Assembly: GCA_963787855.1 (NCBI GenBank)
Contig: CAWBER010000010.1
Coordinates: 14,066-78,065, forward strand
Reading direction: 5' to 3'
From: an uncultured Gaiellaceae bacterium
Lineage (GTDB): Bacteria > Actinomycetota > Thermoleophilia > Gaiellales > Gaiellaceae
DNA length: 64,000 nt
Position 1 is the stretch's first letter. The number at the start of each line of letters is the position of its first letter. This document shows, piece after piece, positions 24,498 to 34,095 of this stretch. Under the pieces are notes generated by a model that had not been told where the DNA came from, did not search any database, and was given only the letters and a program-made list of their open reading frames with translations. A program made the translations under genes and the position numbers.

Positions 24498-24524
24498 AAA
24501 GGCCCGCAAACGCGGGCCTTTTCC
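24498..24524 (+). terminator. Rho-independent terminator immediately after repeat copy 3
   Basis: aaaggcccgc-aaac-gcgggccttttcc: a perfect GC-rich stem extended by A/U pairs and followed by TTTT. Confidence 0.6.
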
Positions 24525-24621
24525 CTGGGCGCAGACTTGAAGCGAGTTCGTTCAGGAGGCATCGCTCACCTCAGGCGAGGCTTGCTCCGCCGCCGGACGC
24601 GCGGCGGGCTTGCTCGCGCGA

Positions 24622-25152
24622 TTACCGGCTGCTTGGAGAGCGGCGCCACGCGAGCACGGCGATGCACGCAGCGACGAGGAGGCCAGCGCCGACGATGGCG
24701 GCGATCACGCCCCAACCGACGCTCTGCGCACCTTCGCCGCCTGGCGGCCCCGGCACGACAGTCAGAGTTGCGGGCCAACTGACAGTCGCTCCGCTCGGAT
24801 AGAGCTGGAGCGTGTCCAGCGTTGCTGGCCCCGGATGTGCGGTGACATCGACGTCGAGACGGAAGCTCTCGATGGAGAGATGCGCCAGCGGGCCGCCCCG
24901 CCAGGTGGAGGTCGAGCCGTGGTGAGTCGCTGTCCAGCCCGCCGTCGGATGTGCGCGAACGATCTGGAGACCTGCAGGGACGCTGATGGTCACTCCCGAC
25001 ATCGGCTCCGGGCGCTCGTTCGGCACGGCGAAGTCCATCGTCGTGACGACGCCGGTCGGGAGGGTCTGCGGCACCGGCACCACGTGTGCCGAGACACCGC
25101 TCGACATCACCAGGGCGGAGAGGACGCAGGCTGCGAGTAGCGCCGAGCGCAC
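24622..25152 (-). CDS. YcnI-like (DUF1775) membrane-anchored putative copper-binding protein
   Basis: The signal peptide ends ...SSGVSA, followed by HVVPVP (N-terminal His typical of YcnI). Beta-sandwich region, Pro/Gly linker and C-terminal TM WGVIAAIVGAGLLVAACIAVLAW. Confidence 0.7.
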   Translation of the reverse strand: MRSALLAACVLSALVMSSGVSAHVVPVPQTLPTGVVTTMDFAVPNERPEPMSGVTISVPAGLQIVRAHPTAGWTATHHGSTSTWRGGPLAHLSIESFRLDVDVTAHPGPATLDTLQLYPSGATVSWPATLTVVPGPPGGEGAQSVGWGVIAAIVGAGLLVAACIAVLAWRRSPSSR

Positions 25153-25337
25153 GCGAAGAGATATTCCGAGCTGCGGTTGATTCGGATTAGCCGATCAACG
25201 CTGCTGCCCCGCCGCCCCTCCCCCTCGCGAAGTGCTCGGGCGGTGGGGCCTGCTCGCTCGGTCGCACGTGGTAGCAGTCCTATGAAAGCGGAAGACCCGC
25301 CGGAGCGGGCCTTCACGGTGACCGGACACTGCTGTGC

Positions 25338-25607
25338 CTACTTCTGGATGTACGCAGTGAACGGTGGGACGACGCCGTGGTCTTGCATCGCGGCGAGGAC
25401 TTCAGGCGACGGTGACTCCAACATGGACTTGATCGCCGCCACGTCGGTTACGTCGGCTGTGATCGCGATGTTGTTGCTTCCGTCGGCGGCAACGTAGTCG
25501 GTCACGTTGCTACCCGTGCCGGATTCGATGGCAGCGGCACGTGCTTCCTTGCCCTGCAACCAACGGTCGATGTCCTCGACGGCATGGGTAACTACGACTT
25601 TCGGCAT
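25338..25607 (-). CDS. Hypothetical small protein (89 aa)
   Basis: GAAGGGAAG lies 5 nt before ATG 25607. It encodes MPKVVVTHAVEDIDRWLQGKEARAAAIESG.... No family assigned from memory. Confidence 0.5.
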   Translation of the reverse strand: MPKVVVTHAVEDIDRWLQGKEARAAAIESGTGSNVTDYVAADGSNNIAITADVTDVAAIKSMLESPSPEVLAAMQDHGVVPPFTAYIQK

Positions 25608-25887
25608 TCGACTTCCCTTCGTAACGGCGCGTCGGCGGCTGAGCGACGAACGCATCGCACACCACCTGGGTCGTGACGACCCTACCGCTGATCACTGGCC
25701 TGGGCGGTGACCCATCGGTCGGTATCTGGTGACGGACGCTCCGGTCGCCCTGTCCTCGACGACGGCCCTCGTACGGCTCATCCGTTCACGGATCCACGAC
25801 TTCCCGGAAGACGACTGAAAGTCATCGGTGTCGCCAGGCCCGGTCAGTCGGGCCGGTAGAACATGGGGTGAGCCTGCAAAGGAGGAA

Positions 25888-26349
25888 ATGATGAGTGCAA
25901 GGAAGGAAACGCAAACGTCCGCGAAGAGCTCCAAGGGGTTCACGGAAGAAGAAAAGGCTGCGATGAAGGAGCGCGCCAAGGAGCTGAAGGCGGAGGCGCG
26001 CGCGAGCAAGGACAGGGCAGTCGGCGAGAGCGACCTGCTCGCGAAGATCGCCGAGATGCCGAATCCGGATCGCGCGATGGCCAAGCGGCTCCACGCGATC
26101 GTCACGGACAGCGCTCCGGACCTCTGGCCGAAGACCTGGTACGGGATGCCCGCGTATGCCAGGGACGGCAAGGTCGTCTGCTTCTTCACACCTGCGTCGA
26201 AGTTCAAGGAGCGGTACGCGTCGTTCGGCTTCAACGCCGCGGCGAACCTCGACGAAGGCAACATGTGGCCGACCTCGTTCGCGCTGAAGAAGCTGACCGC
26301 CGCCGACGAGAAAAGGATCGCCGCGCTCGTGAAGAAAGCGGTGAGCTGA
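25888..26349 (+). CDS. YdhG-like / DUF1801 domain protein
   Basis: AAAGGAGG precedes a tandem ATGATG (25888/25891). Lys/Glu-rich N-terminus, then [16 protein letters not shown]...[17 protein letters not shown]. Confidence 0.65.
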   Translation: MMSARKETQTSAKSSKGFTEEEKAAMKERAKELKAEARASKDRAVGESDLLAKIAEMPNPDRAMAKRLHAIVTDSAPDLWPKTWYGMPAYARDGKVVCFFTPASKFKERYASFGFNAAANLDEGNMWPTSFALKKLTAADEKRIAALVKKAVS

Positions 26350-26363
26350 GACCGAGCTGACCG

Positions 26364-27452
26364 CTACTCCTCGAGCACCGGGGCGACGACGACGCCGTAC
26401 CCCTGCGCCTCGAGCAGGTCCGCTGAGAGCTTCGCGCTCGCCTCACCGGTGACGAGGATGGTCAGCGTTCCGCCTCGCTCGGGTGAGAGGTGCTCGAGTT
26501 CGAAGTCGGAGACGTTGATCCGCTCGGCGCCGAGCGCGTGGAAGATGCCGGCCAGGACGCCCGGGCGATCGGGGACGTGCACCCGCACCCGGTGGAGGGC
26601 GCCCGCGTCCTCGTAGGCCGTGTCGAGCATGCGACGCCGGTTGCCGCTTGCCTCGCCGATCCAGCGGGCGAGAAAGCCGGCGTCGCCGTCGGCCAGTGCG
26701 GCTTCCAGCTGCTCGACCCGGCGGCGATGCTCCGCGAGCGCGGCGGTGAGCGCCTCCCGGTTCTCGAGGAGGATGTCGACCCAGATCCGGGGATTCGCGC
26801 CGGCAATGCGGGTCATGTCGCGCAGTGACCCTCCGGCCGCCGCGAGCGGGTCATGGCCCTCGATGCGTGCGGCGCCGGCATGATTGAGGAGCACGTTGGC
26901 GAGCGCGTGCGGCAGATGGCTCGTGACGGCCACGAGCCGGTCGTGCGCGTCGGGCTCGATCGCGACCGCGCGCGCGCCGAGAGCCGAGACCAGGCCGTGC
27001 ACGGTGCGGTAACGCTCCGGCTCCACCGAGCTCACGGGAGTGAGGAACCACGTCGCGCCGGCGAAGAGGTCAGCGGTCGCTCGTTCCGGCCCGCGCGTCT
27101 CGGCTCCGCAGATCGGATGCCCGCCGACGAAGCGCGGATCGCTTCCGGCCGCTGCGCAGACGGCGCCCTTGGTGGATCCGACATCCGTGACCGTGCACGA
27201 CTCGGTCGCGACGTCGAGCACGCTGCGAACGACCGCCGGCAGTCCGGCGACGGGGATCGCCACCAGTGCGACGTCAGCCCCCTCGAGCGCTTCAGGCAAG
27301 GACTCCGTCCGGGTGACCGCTTCCCGCCCGACCGCGATGTCGAGTGCGTTCGGGTCCGCGTCCCAGCCCACGACCTCGCCCACCCCAGCGCGCCGCGCCG
27401 CCAGCCCGGCGGAGGCGCCGATCAGCCCCGTGCCGATGATCGCCAGCCGCAC
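26364..27452 (-). CDS. tyrA: Prephenate dehydrogenase with C-terminal ACT domain
   Basis: MRLAIIGTGLIGAS Rossmann motif, SHLPH motif (VTSHLPHALAN), and an ACT-like C-terminus (VRVHVPDRPGVLAGIFHALGAERINV). Confidence 0.85.
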   Translation of the reverse strand: MRLAIIGTGLIGASAGLAARRAGVGEVVGWDADPNALDIAVGREAVTRTESLPEALEGADVALVAIPVAGLPAVVRSVLDVATESCTVTDVGSTKGAVCAAAGSDPRFVGGHPICGAETRGPERATADLFAGATWFLTPVSSVEPERYRTVHGLVSALGARAVAIEPDAHDRLVAVTSHLPHALANVLLNHAGAARIEGHDPLAAAGGSLRDMTRIAGANPRIWVDILLENREALTAALAEHRRRVEQLEAALADGDAGFLARWIGEASGNRRRMLDTAYEDAGALHRVRVHVPDRPGVLAGIFHALGAERINVSDFELEHLSPERGGTLTILVTGEASAKLSADLLEAQGYGVVVAPVLEE

Positions 27453-27461
27453 GGCTCGTGC

Positions 27462-28895
27462 TCAGCCGGCCCGCATGAGCTCGGCGACCCGGAACGCCAG
27501 ATCCAGCGACTGGCGCCCGTTCAGGCGTGGGTCGCAGAGCGTCTCGTAGCGGTTGTCGAGCTGATCCTCGAGCACGGCCTCCGACCCGCCGAGACACTCC
27601 GTCACGTCCTCTCCCGTGAACTCGAGATGCACGCCTCCCGGCCACGTGCCGACCTCGCGATGCGCGGCGAAGAAGCCGTGCAGCTCCTCCATGATCTCGT
27701 CGAAGCGGCGCGTCTTCGTCCCGGACGGCATGCGGACGAGGTTCGCGTGCATCGGGTCGCACACCCAGACGACGGGAATCCCTGCCTGCTGCACCGCGTG
27801 CAGAAGCGGAGGCAACGCCTCGCGCACACGCCCCGCACCCATGCGCGTGATGAACGTCAGGCGGCCCGGGATCCGGCCCGGGTTCAGCCGCTCCGCCAGT
27901 GCAACGGCGTCCTCGCCGGTCGCGGTCGGCCCGAGCTTGACTCCGATCGGGTTGTCGACTCCCGAGAAGAACTCCACGTGGGCACCGTCGATGCCTCGGG
28001 TCCGCTCCCCGATCCAGAGCATGTGCGCCGAGCAGTCATAGGGTCGCCCGGTGAGCGAGTCGGTGCGCGTGAGCGCCTCCTCGTACTCGAGCAGCAGCCC
28101 CTCGTGACTCGTCCAGACGTCGACCTCGTGCAGGCTGGGCTCGTTGTCGAGGTCGATCCCGATCGACTGCATGAAGCGGAGCGCACGCTCGATCTCGCCG
28201 GCGAGCGCCTCGTACCGCTGACCCGCCGGCGACGCGGCCACGAACTCGCGGTTCCAGGTGTGCACGAGGTTGAGGTCGGCGAAGCCACCCTTGGTAAAGG
28301 CTCGCAGCAGGTTCAGCGTCGACGCCGCCTGGTAGTAGCCCTGAAGGAGCCGTTCGGGATCGGGGGTTCGCGCTTCGGGTGTCGGCTCGTCGGAGTGCAC
28401 GACGTGCCCGCGGAAGGACGGCAGCTCGACGCCGTCGACCGTCTCGGTCGCCTCGGTCCGCGGCTTCGCGAACTGACCGGCGAGGCGCCCCACCTTCACC
28501 ACCGGGAGCATTGCGCCGTAGGTCAGCACGACCGACATCTGCAGCAGAACCTTCAGCCGCTCGCGGATCGCGGGAGCCGACACGTCCCGAAACGACTCGA
28601 CGCACTCGCCCGCCTGCAGGAGGAAGGCGCGGCCCTCACAGACCTCACCGAGTCCCGCAAGCAGCGCCCGCGCCTCTCCCGCGAAGACGAGTGGCGGGAC
28701 GACGCGAAGACGATTCAGGACGCCGTCCAGCGCGGCCGCATTGGGCCAGTCGGGCTGTTGCCCGGCAGGGAAGCCACGCCACGACGAGGTCGTCCACGCG
28801 CCGGCACCCGCGGGGGCCGGTCGCGGCGACTGCGCGGGCGGGTCCGGCGTCTGCTGGCTCAACGGCCTCGACCTTCGCAGAGGAGCGCTGCTCAT
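27462..28895 (-). CDS. 3-deoxy-7-phosphoheptulonate (DAHP) synthase, class II
   Basis: QQPDWP, LVFAGEAR, KVGRLAGQFAKPR, WIGERTR, DPMHAN and LEFTGEDVTEC are class II AroA motifs. ATG 28895 was chosen because longer starts would overlap the divergent pheA start. Confidence 0.9.
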   Translation of the reverse strand: MSSAPLRRSRPLSQQTPDPPAQSPRPAPAGAGAWTTSSWRGFPAGQQPDWPNAAALDGVLNRLRVVPPLVFAGEARALLAGLGEVCEGRAFLLQAGECVESFRDVSAPAIRERLKVLLQMSVVLTYGAMLPVVKVGRLAGQFAKPRTEATETVDGVELPSFRGHVVHSDEPTPEARTPDPERLLQGYYQAASTLNLLRAFTKGGFADLNLVHTWNREFVAASPAGQRYEALAGEIERALRFMQSIGIDLDNEPSLHEVDVWTSHEGLLLEYEEALTRTDSLTGRPYDCSAHMLWIGERTRGIDGAHVEFFSGVDNPIGVKLGPTATGEDAVALAERLNPGRIPGRLTFITRMGAGRVREALPPLLHAVQQAGIPVVWVCDPMHANLVRMPSGTKTRRFDEIMEELHGFFAAHREVGTWPGGVHLEFTGEDVTECLGGSEAVLEDQLDNRYETLCDPRLNGRQSLDLAFRVAELMRAG

Positions 28896-28953
28896 GGGGG
28901 CTGAAGGATAGAGAGCCGTCGGCGCCCGTCGAGCAGCGCGGGGTACGTCCATC

Positions 28954-29820
28954 ATGGACTCGATGCGCGAACCGATGCCCGCAAACAATGAACGCCTCAC
29001 CGTCGGCTATCCGGGACGGGACGGCGCCCACAGCGCGGCTGCCTGCGACCGCCTCTTTCCCGGTGCCGCGGAGCTCGTGCCCCTGCCGAGCTTCAGTGCC
29101 GTCGCCGAGGCTGCAGCGTCCGGTCAGGTCGCATTCGGAGTCCTGCCGATCGAGAGCTCGCTCGCGGGGCCGGTCGCCGAGACGCACGATCTCCTGTACG
29201 ACTCGCCGCTCGCGATCACGGCGGAGACGGTCCTGCGGATCCGCCACTGCCTCGTCGGCCCCGCTCCGACACGAGTCGAGGACATCCGCGTCGTCCACTC
29301 GCATCCGGTCGCGCTCGACCAGTGCCGACAGCTGCTCGCCGGCATGCCGTGGGCCACGGCAATCGCAGCCGCGACGACCGCCGACGCAGCCGCTCAGGTC
29401 GCAGCGCACGGCGATCCGGCGGAGGTCGCGATCGCGAGCGAGCGTGCTGCCACGCTGCACGGGCTAACCCTGATCGCCGACGACGTCGGAGATCATCCGG
29501 AGGCGTACACCCGCTTCGTCGCAATCGCGACGCACATGCGCCTCGACGCGAGCGGCGAACGCTGGCGGACCGCCTTCTCGTTCGTCACCGATCACCAGCC
29601 GGGTGCCCTCCATCGGGCGATCGAGCCCTTCGCGCGCCACGACATCGACCTCTTGCAGCTCGTCTCCCGCCCGATCCCGCAATCCCCATGGCGCTACCGC
29701 TTCGACGCCGTGCTCGACGGCCACCCGCTCGACGCAATCGTGAGCGGGACTCTGCGCGAGCTGCGCACGCGCGCGAGGCACCTCCGCGTCTTCGGGTCCT
29801 ATCCTGCGAACGGACGATGA
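28954..29820 (+). CDS. pheA: Prephenate dehydratase with ACT domain
   Basis: VGYPGRDGAHSAAA, GVLPIESSLAGPV, a TRF motif (EAYTRFVAIA) and an ESRP-like SRPIP in the ACT part. Confidence 0.9.
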   Translation: MDSMREPMPANNERLTVGYPGRDGAHSAAACDRLFPGAAELVPLPSFSAVAEAAASGQVAFGVLPIESSLAGPVAETHDLLYDSPLAITAETVLRIRHCLVGPAPTRVEDIRVVHSHPVALDQCRQLLAGMPWATAIAAATTADAAAQVAAHGDPAEVAIASERAATLHGLTLIADDVGDHPEAYTRFVAIATHMRLDASGERWRTAFSFVTDHQPGALHRAIEPFARHDIDLLQLVSRPIPQSPWRYRFDAVLDGHPLDAIVSGTLRELRTRARHLRVFGSYPANGR

Positions 29821-30107
29821 ACGACCCGCACGCTCACGCCCGCATCCACCGGCTTCGGGACGAGATCTCGGACCTGGACCGCGCCATCCTGGCTGCGATC
29901 AACGCTAGACTCGCGCTCGTCGCCGAGCTCAAGCGCTACAAGGAGGAGCACGGCATTTCCTTCGTCGACCCCGATCGCGAACGCGAGCTTCTCGACGAGC
30001 TGCTCGCGGCGAACGGCGGACCGCTGTCGGAGTCGGGCCTTCGGGAGATCTTCGGCGAGCTCCTGGATCTCATGAAGCGCGAGGTCTCGCGCGACGGCGC
30101 CTCCTAG
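29817..30107 (+). CDS. Chorismate mutase (AroQ type)
   Basis: The ATG overlaps the pheA stop (ATGA). 96 aa: RLRDEISDLDRAILAAINARLALVAELKRYKEEHGISFVDPDRERELL. Confidence 0.8.
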   Translation: MNDPHAHARIHRLRDEISDLDRAILAAINARLALVAELKRYKEEHGISFVDPDRERELLDELLAANGGPLSESGLREIFGELLDLMKREVSRDGAS

Positions 30108-30667
30108 GTCGAGCGCAGGAAGTTCTGCGCCATCGTGCTGCCGGTCGCCGTCAATATCGACTCCGGGTGGAACTGCACGCCCTCGATCCGGTATGCGCGG
30201 TGCCTGACTGCCATGACCTCGCCGTCCTCGGTGTGCGCCGTCACGAGCAGCTCGTCAGGCACGTCGACCGCGGCGAGCGAGTGGTAGCGGCCGGCCTCGA
30301 TCTCCTCCGGCAACCCGGCGAAGATCCCCTGTCCGTCGTGATGCACTCGGCTGGCCTTGCCGTGCAGGAGCGCCCGCGCTTGCCCGATCGAGCCGCCGAA
30401 GGCCTCGACGATCGCCTGGTGGCCGAGACAGACGCCGAGCGTGGGCACGGTCGGGCCGAGCGCCTGGATGAGGTGCACCGACACACCTGCATCCGCCGGA
30501 CGGCCCGGCCCGGGCGAGACGACGAGACGGTCCGGCCGGAGAGCCTCAGCTTCCTCGACCGTGATCGCATCGTTGCGGTAGACGACGACCTCGGCGCCGA
30601 GCTCCTCGAACAGGTGGACGAGATTCCACGTGAACGAGTCGTAGTTGTCGAGCACCAGGACCTTCAT
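30104..30667 (-). CDS. Anthranilate/aminodeoxychorismate synthase glutamine amidotransferase subunit (TrpG/PabA family)
   Basis: MKVLVLDNYDSFTWNLV, GVCLGHQAI, GVQFHPES. The ATG overlaps the stop of the upstream component I gene (ATGA). Confidence 0.9.
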   Translation of the reverse strand: MKVLVLDNYDSFTWNLVHLFEELGAEVVVYRNDAITVEEAEALRPDRLVVSPGPGRPADAGVSVHLIQALGPTVPTLGVCLGHQAIVEAFGGSIGQARALLHGKASRVHHDGQGIFAGLPEEIEAGRYHSLAAVDVPDELLVTAHTEDGEVMAVRHRAYRIEGVQFHPESILTATGSTMAQNFLRST

Positions 30668-31926
30668 GCGACGTACTCCGCTTCGGCCACGTCGATCGCC
30701 TTCTCGAGGGCGGCGAGCTTGGCCAGGCACTCCCGGTGCTCTGCATCGGGCTGCGAGTCAGCCACGACACCGGCACCGGCCTGAAGTCGGGCGATTCCAT
30801 CCGAGACCACGATGGTGCGCAGGGCGATGCAGGTGTCCATCGTCCCGCCGGGGAGCACGTAGCCGACGGCGCCGGCGTACGGGCCACGACGATAGCCCTC
30901 GAGCTCGGAGATGATCTGCATCGCACGAACCTTCGGCGCGCCCGTGACGGTGCCGGCCGGGAAGCAGGCGCGGAGCACGTCGAACGGCGTGACCCCGTCG
31001 CGCAGCTCTCCCGAGACCTCCGAGACGAGGTGAGAGACGTGCGAGAACCGTTCGACGTCCAGGAAGCGGGTGACCCGAACCGTCCCCCCGCGACAGACGC
31101 GGGAGAGGTCGTTGCGGCCGAGGTCGACGAGCATCACGTGCTCCGCACGATCCTTCTCGGACGAGAGCAGTCGCTCGGCGTCACCGTCATCCGGGGTCGT
31201 GGTACCCGCGATGGGGCATACGCTCGCCCGTCCGTCCTCGCAGGCGACAAGGCGCTCCGGGGACGAGCCGACCAGGGCGAGCCCGTCGAGCTCGAGCAGG
31301 AAGAGGTACGGGGAGGGGTTGACCCGGCGAAGGGCGCGGTAGAGCGCGAGCGGTGATGCCGACGTGGGTCGCTCGGCCCGCTGTGACGGGACGATCTGAT
31401 AGGCGTCGCCGGCTCGGATGTAGTCCTGACACATCCGGACCATGTCCTCGTAGCGCGACTGAGACGGGAAGCGGCGCAGCGGCCCGCGCTCGCCGTCCCC
31501 TGACTCCACCGTTGCAAGCGGCTCTGCCAGCTTGCGGGCGACGTCCTCCGGCTCACCCGCGATGACCTCGGCGACTCCCGCGCCGTGATCGAAGCGGACG
31601 AGCGTCTCGGCGACGACGAAACGGCTTTCCGGGAAGTCAGGCCCGTCCGCGGGCACCGGCACCGTCGGCTCGAGCTTGGCGGCGTGGTCGTATGAGACAT
31701 AGCCGACGACAGGGGTCTCGAGGGTCTCCGCCTCCTCGAGCCCGACGAGCCGTGCACCCCACCCGACGAACGAGTTGCGGCCGAGTCGCCCCCGCTCGAC
31801 CGACTCGAGCAGGAAGCTGCCGCCGCCTTCGCCGCGCAGGCGCAGGTACGCGCCGAGGGGCGTGAGGAGATCGGCGGGAATCGCACTAGCGCGTGTCATG
31901 GGCAACGAAAAGGCCCGTGCCTGCAT
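30664..31926 (-). CDS. Anthranilate synthase component I family protein (TrpE/PabB family, short form)
   Basis: Chorismate-binding domain: SPERLV, PIAGTT, AEHVMLVDLGRNDL, FPAGTVTGAPKVRAM, GPYAGAVGY. An alternative ATG is at 31899. Confidence 0.85.
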   Translation of the reverse strand: MQARAFSLPMTRASAIPADLLTPLGAYLRLRGEGGGSFLLESVERGRLGRNSFVGWGARLVGLEEAETLETPVVGYVSYDHAAKLEPTVPVPADGPDFPESRFVVAETLVRFDHGAGVAEVIAGEPEDVARKLAEPLATVESGDGERGPLRRFPSQSRYEDMVRMCQDYIRAGDAYQIVPSQRAERPTSASPLALYRALRRVNPSPYLFLLELDGLALVGSSPERLVACEDGRASVCPIAGTTTPDDGDAERLLSSEKDRAEHVMLVDLGRNDLSRVCRGGTVRVTRFLDVERFSHVSHLVSEVSGELRDGVTPFDVLRACFPAGTVTGAPKVRAMQIISELEGYRRGPYAGAVGYVLPGGTMDTCIALRTIVVSDGIARLQAGAGVVADSQPDAEHRECLAKLAALEKAIDVAEAEYVA

Positions 31927-31947
31927 CGGCGCCGCAGCGTGCGCGGG

Positions 31948-33963
31948 CTAGCGGGGCGCCTCGGCGGTCTGCTTCGCCTGGAGCTCCTGCCTCCAGCGAG
32001 CGAGGATCCCGTGCACGCTCGCCGCGCCCAGAATGGGCCCGTCCGGGACCTCGAGATGGGTCGGGTGCAGGATGAACGGGCGCGTCTGGAGCCCGCCGAT
32101 GCCGCCGTGGAACGAGATCAGCTCCTCGAAGGCGCAGCCCTCGTCGAGATCCGGGTCGTAGAAGCTCCCGACCATGACGTCGCCCACGTGCTCGAAGCCG
32201 TCCGTGCGGAGCAGGTGCTGCGGCGCATGCGGCGAGAAGTGCGCCAGCGGATCCTCACCCTCGACGCGACCTTCGGTGAGGAAATGGGTGCCGTTCGCCC
32301 CGAGCGCGACGGCTCCGTGCTCGGACGAGCGAACGAGCAGCCAGCCGACGTGAGGATGTGAACGAAGAGCCGGAATGAGCTCGGGATGCCGCTCGTCGAT
32401 CTCTTCGAGCGTCAGCCGGCGGCGCTCCTCCATGAGATAGATCAGGCCGAGGTTGCCCGAGCCCATGACGACGACATCGCGATCGGACACGTCGTTCTTC
32501 GGCTTCTTCTTCTTCTCCGAGGTCGTGCCGGTCGCCTCGCTGACGGCGAGCCCGACCATGGAGTGTTGCTCGTCCCCGCCTTCGACACTGGTCACGTCAC
32601 CGCGCGAGAGCGAGCGCCCGACAAGCTCGTCGAGGCCGTAGCCGTTGCGCTGCTTGAACGTCGCGCCCTGGGTCTGTCCGTGGTCGGAGAGGACGACGAT
32701 CTCGTACGGCCGCGGCGCGTACCGGCAGGCACGCTCGATGTGGCCGAAGTGGTCGTCGAGCTTGCGCAGCGCCTCGAGCGTGTCGGCGCGCTCGAGGCCC
32801 GAGTGGTGCGCCACCTCGTCATAGCTCGAGAAGGTCGCGTAGACCGCTGGGCGCCCGCGCATGATGTCGGTGAGCACGCCCGACACGATCAGGTCGCGCA
32901 CGAAGACGCAGAGCGCACCCCTCATCAGCGGGTAGATGCCGCCGCGGTGGCCCCGCGGTTGCACGTTCCGGCGGATCGCGCGCAGCGCGGCCGTGCACTC
33001 GAGGATGACTTCCCACCCGAAGAGGACGAGCGTGCGCGTCACGTTGTCGCCGTTCGCGAAGAACGCCCGGTAGCCGGGGTTGGACTTCTTCTCCGCTTCC
33101 ATGCGACTGACGGTGAGGATCACGTCCTCTGCCTCGCCGGAGAGGAGGTTTCCACGGCTGGCGCCGCCGTCGACGAGAAGGCCGATGCCCGTCCCGAGCC
33201 GGCGCTCGAGCTCCGCGCAGTCGGCGGGCGCGGAGCAGGTCATCGTCGTCGCGGTCTCCTTCTCCACCCAGCGGAACGCCGAGATGTCCTCGTTCGACCC
33301 GAGCAGGATCCCTGCCTGGCTGGCCCCTGTCTGCGACGAGAGGTCGGGCTCCCACTCGGCGAGACGGTGGGTCTCGCGCGCCCAGCGCGCCATGTTCGGG
33401 GCATTGCCGTCGCGCATCGCCCGCTGCAGAACGGGCAGCGCAAGCCCGTCGATCTCCAGGTAGACGATTCCCGGGACGTCGGTCGAGGCGATGATCCCCT
33501 GCCGGCGCGCGATCCGGTGTGCGATGCGGATCGACCCCGTGTCGTCCGAGCCGAGGAATACGGCGAGCACGACGCTCACGGCTGCGACGACGAGCGCCGC
33601 GAGCAGCGCCCAGCCGAAGTTGTCGACCGTGAGCGCGCTCTCGGCGACGACCGCAGCGAGCTGGAGTATGAGGGCGTCCGCGATCAGGACGAGCAAGAAG
33701 CCGAGGACGAGCGTGAGCGGCAACCGCAAGGCCGCGAGCACCGGTGGGATGACCGCGTTCAGCACGCCGATGATCGCGGCGACGAGAAGCGCACCCCAGA
33801 AGCTCTTGACGTCGACGCCCGGAAGTACCCAGGAGGCGACCATCAGCGCGATGCCCGTCGCGAGCCAGGAGACGACCAGGGGGTACGGACGCCACCTCGG
33901 ACGCTCGGGCTTCCAGTCCGTGGAATGGCCGTACGTGCGGGTCGCTTGCTGGCTGGCCGTCAT
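31948..33963 (-). CDS. Membrane protein: DUF360/holin-4-like four-TM N-terminus fused to an alkaline-phosphatase-superfamily (type I phosphodiesterase-like) domain
   Basis: GAGGAGAGGAC precedes ATG 33963. TM region SWLATGIALMVASWVLPGVDV...VLNAVIPPVL, then GIVYLEIDGLA...FSSYDEVAHHSG...VLSDHGQTQG. The upstream 318 codons of the track ORF are the antisense shadow of gene 34096..35235. Confidence 0.75.
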   Translation of the reverse strand: MTASQQATRTYGHSTDWKPERPRWRPYPLVVSWLATGIALMVASWVLPGVDVKSFWGALLVAAIIGVLNAVIPPVLAALRLPLTLVLGFLLVLIADALILQLAAVVAESALTVDNFGWALLAALVVAAVSVVLAVFLGSDDTGSIRIAHRIARRQGIIASTDVPGIVYLEIDGLALPVLQRAMRDGNAPNMARWARETHRLAEWEPDLSSQTGASQAGILLGSNEDISAFRWVEKETATTMTCSAPADCAELERRLGTGIGLLVDGGASRGNLLSGEAEDVILTVSRMEAEKKSNPGYRAFFANGDNVTRTLVLFGWEVILECTAALRAIRRNVQPRGHRGGIYPLMRGALCVFVRDLIVSGVLTDIMRGRPAVYATFSSYDEVAHHSGLERADTLEALRKLDDHFGHIERACRYAPRPYEIVVLSDHGQTQGATFKQRNGYGLDELVGRSLSRGDVTSVEGGDEQHSMVGLAVSEATGTTSEKKKKPKNDVSDRDVVVMGSGNLGLIYLMEERRRLTLEEIDERHPELIPALRSHPHVGWLLVRSSEHGAVALGANGTHFLTEGRVEGEDPLAHFSPHAPQHLLRTDGFEHVGDVMVGSFYDPDLDEGCAFEELISFHGGIGGLQTRPFILHPTHLEVPDGPILGAASVHGILARWRQELQAKQTAEAPR

Positions 33964-34095
33964 GTCCTCTCCTCGGGTCACCAATGAACCTCGACTCTCC
34001 CCGTCATCATCCCGATCCTTCGCCGGGCGTGCGAACCCTGTAGTGACGAAACTCGTCGCGCGCCATAGGATGCTGCAAGTTCCCCCCGCACCGAC

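Noticed and set aside
25291-25312. Weak hairpin (cccgc-cgga-gcggg) downstream of the small gene 25338..25607.
   Set aside because: It has only a 5-bp stem with a mismatch beyond, and no clear U-tract. That is not enough to call a terminator.
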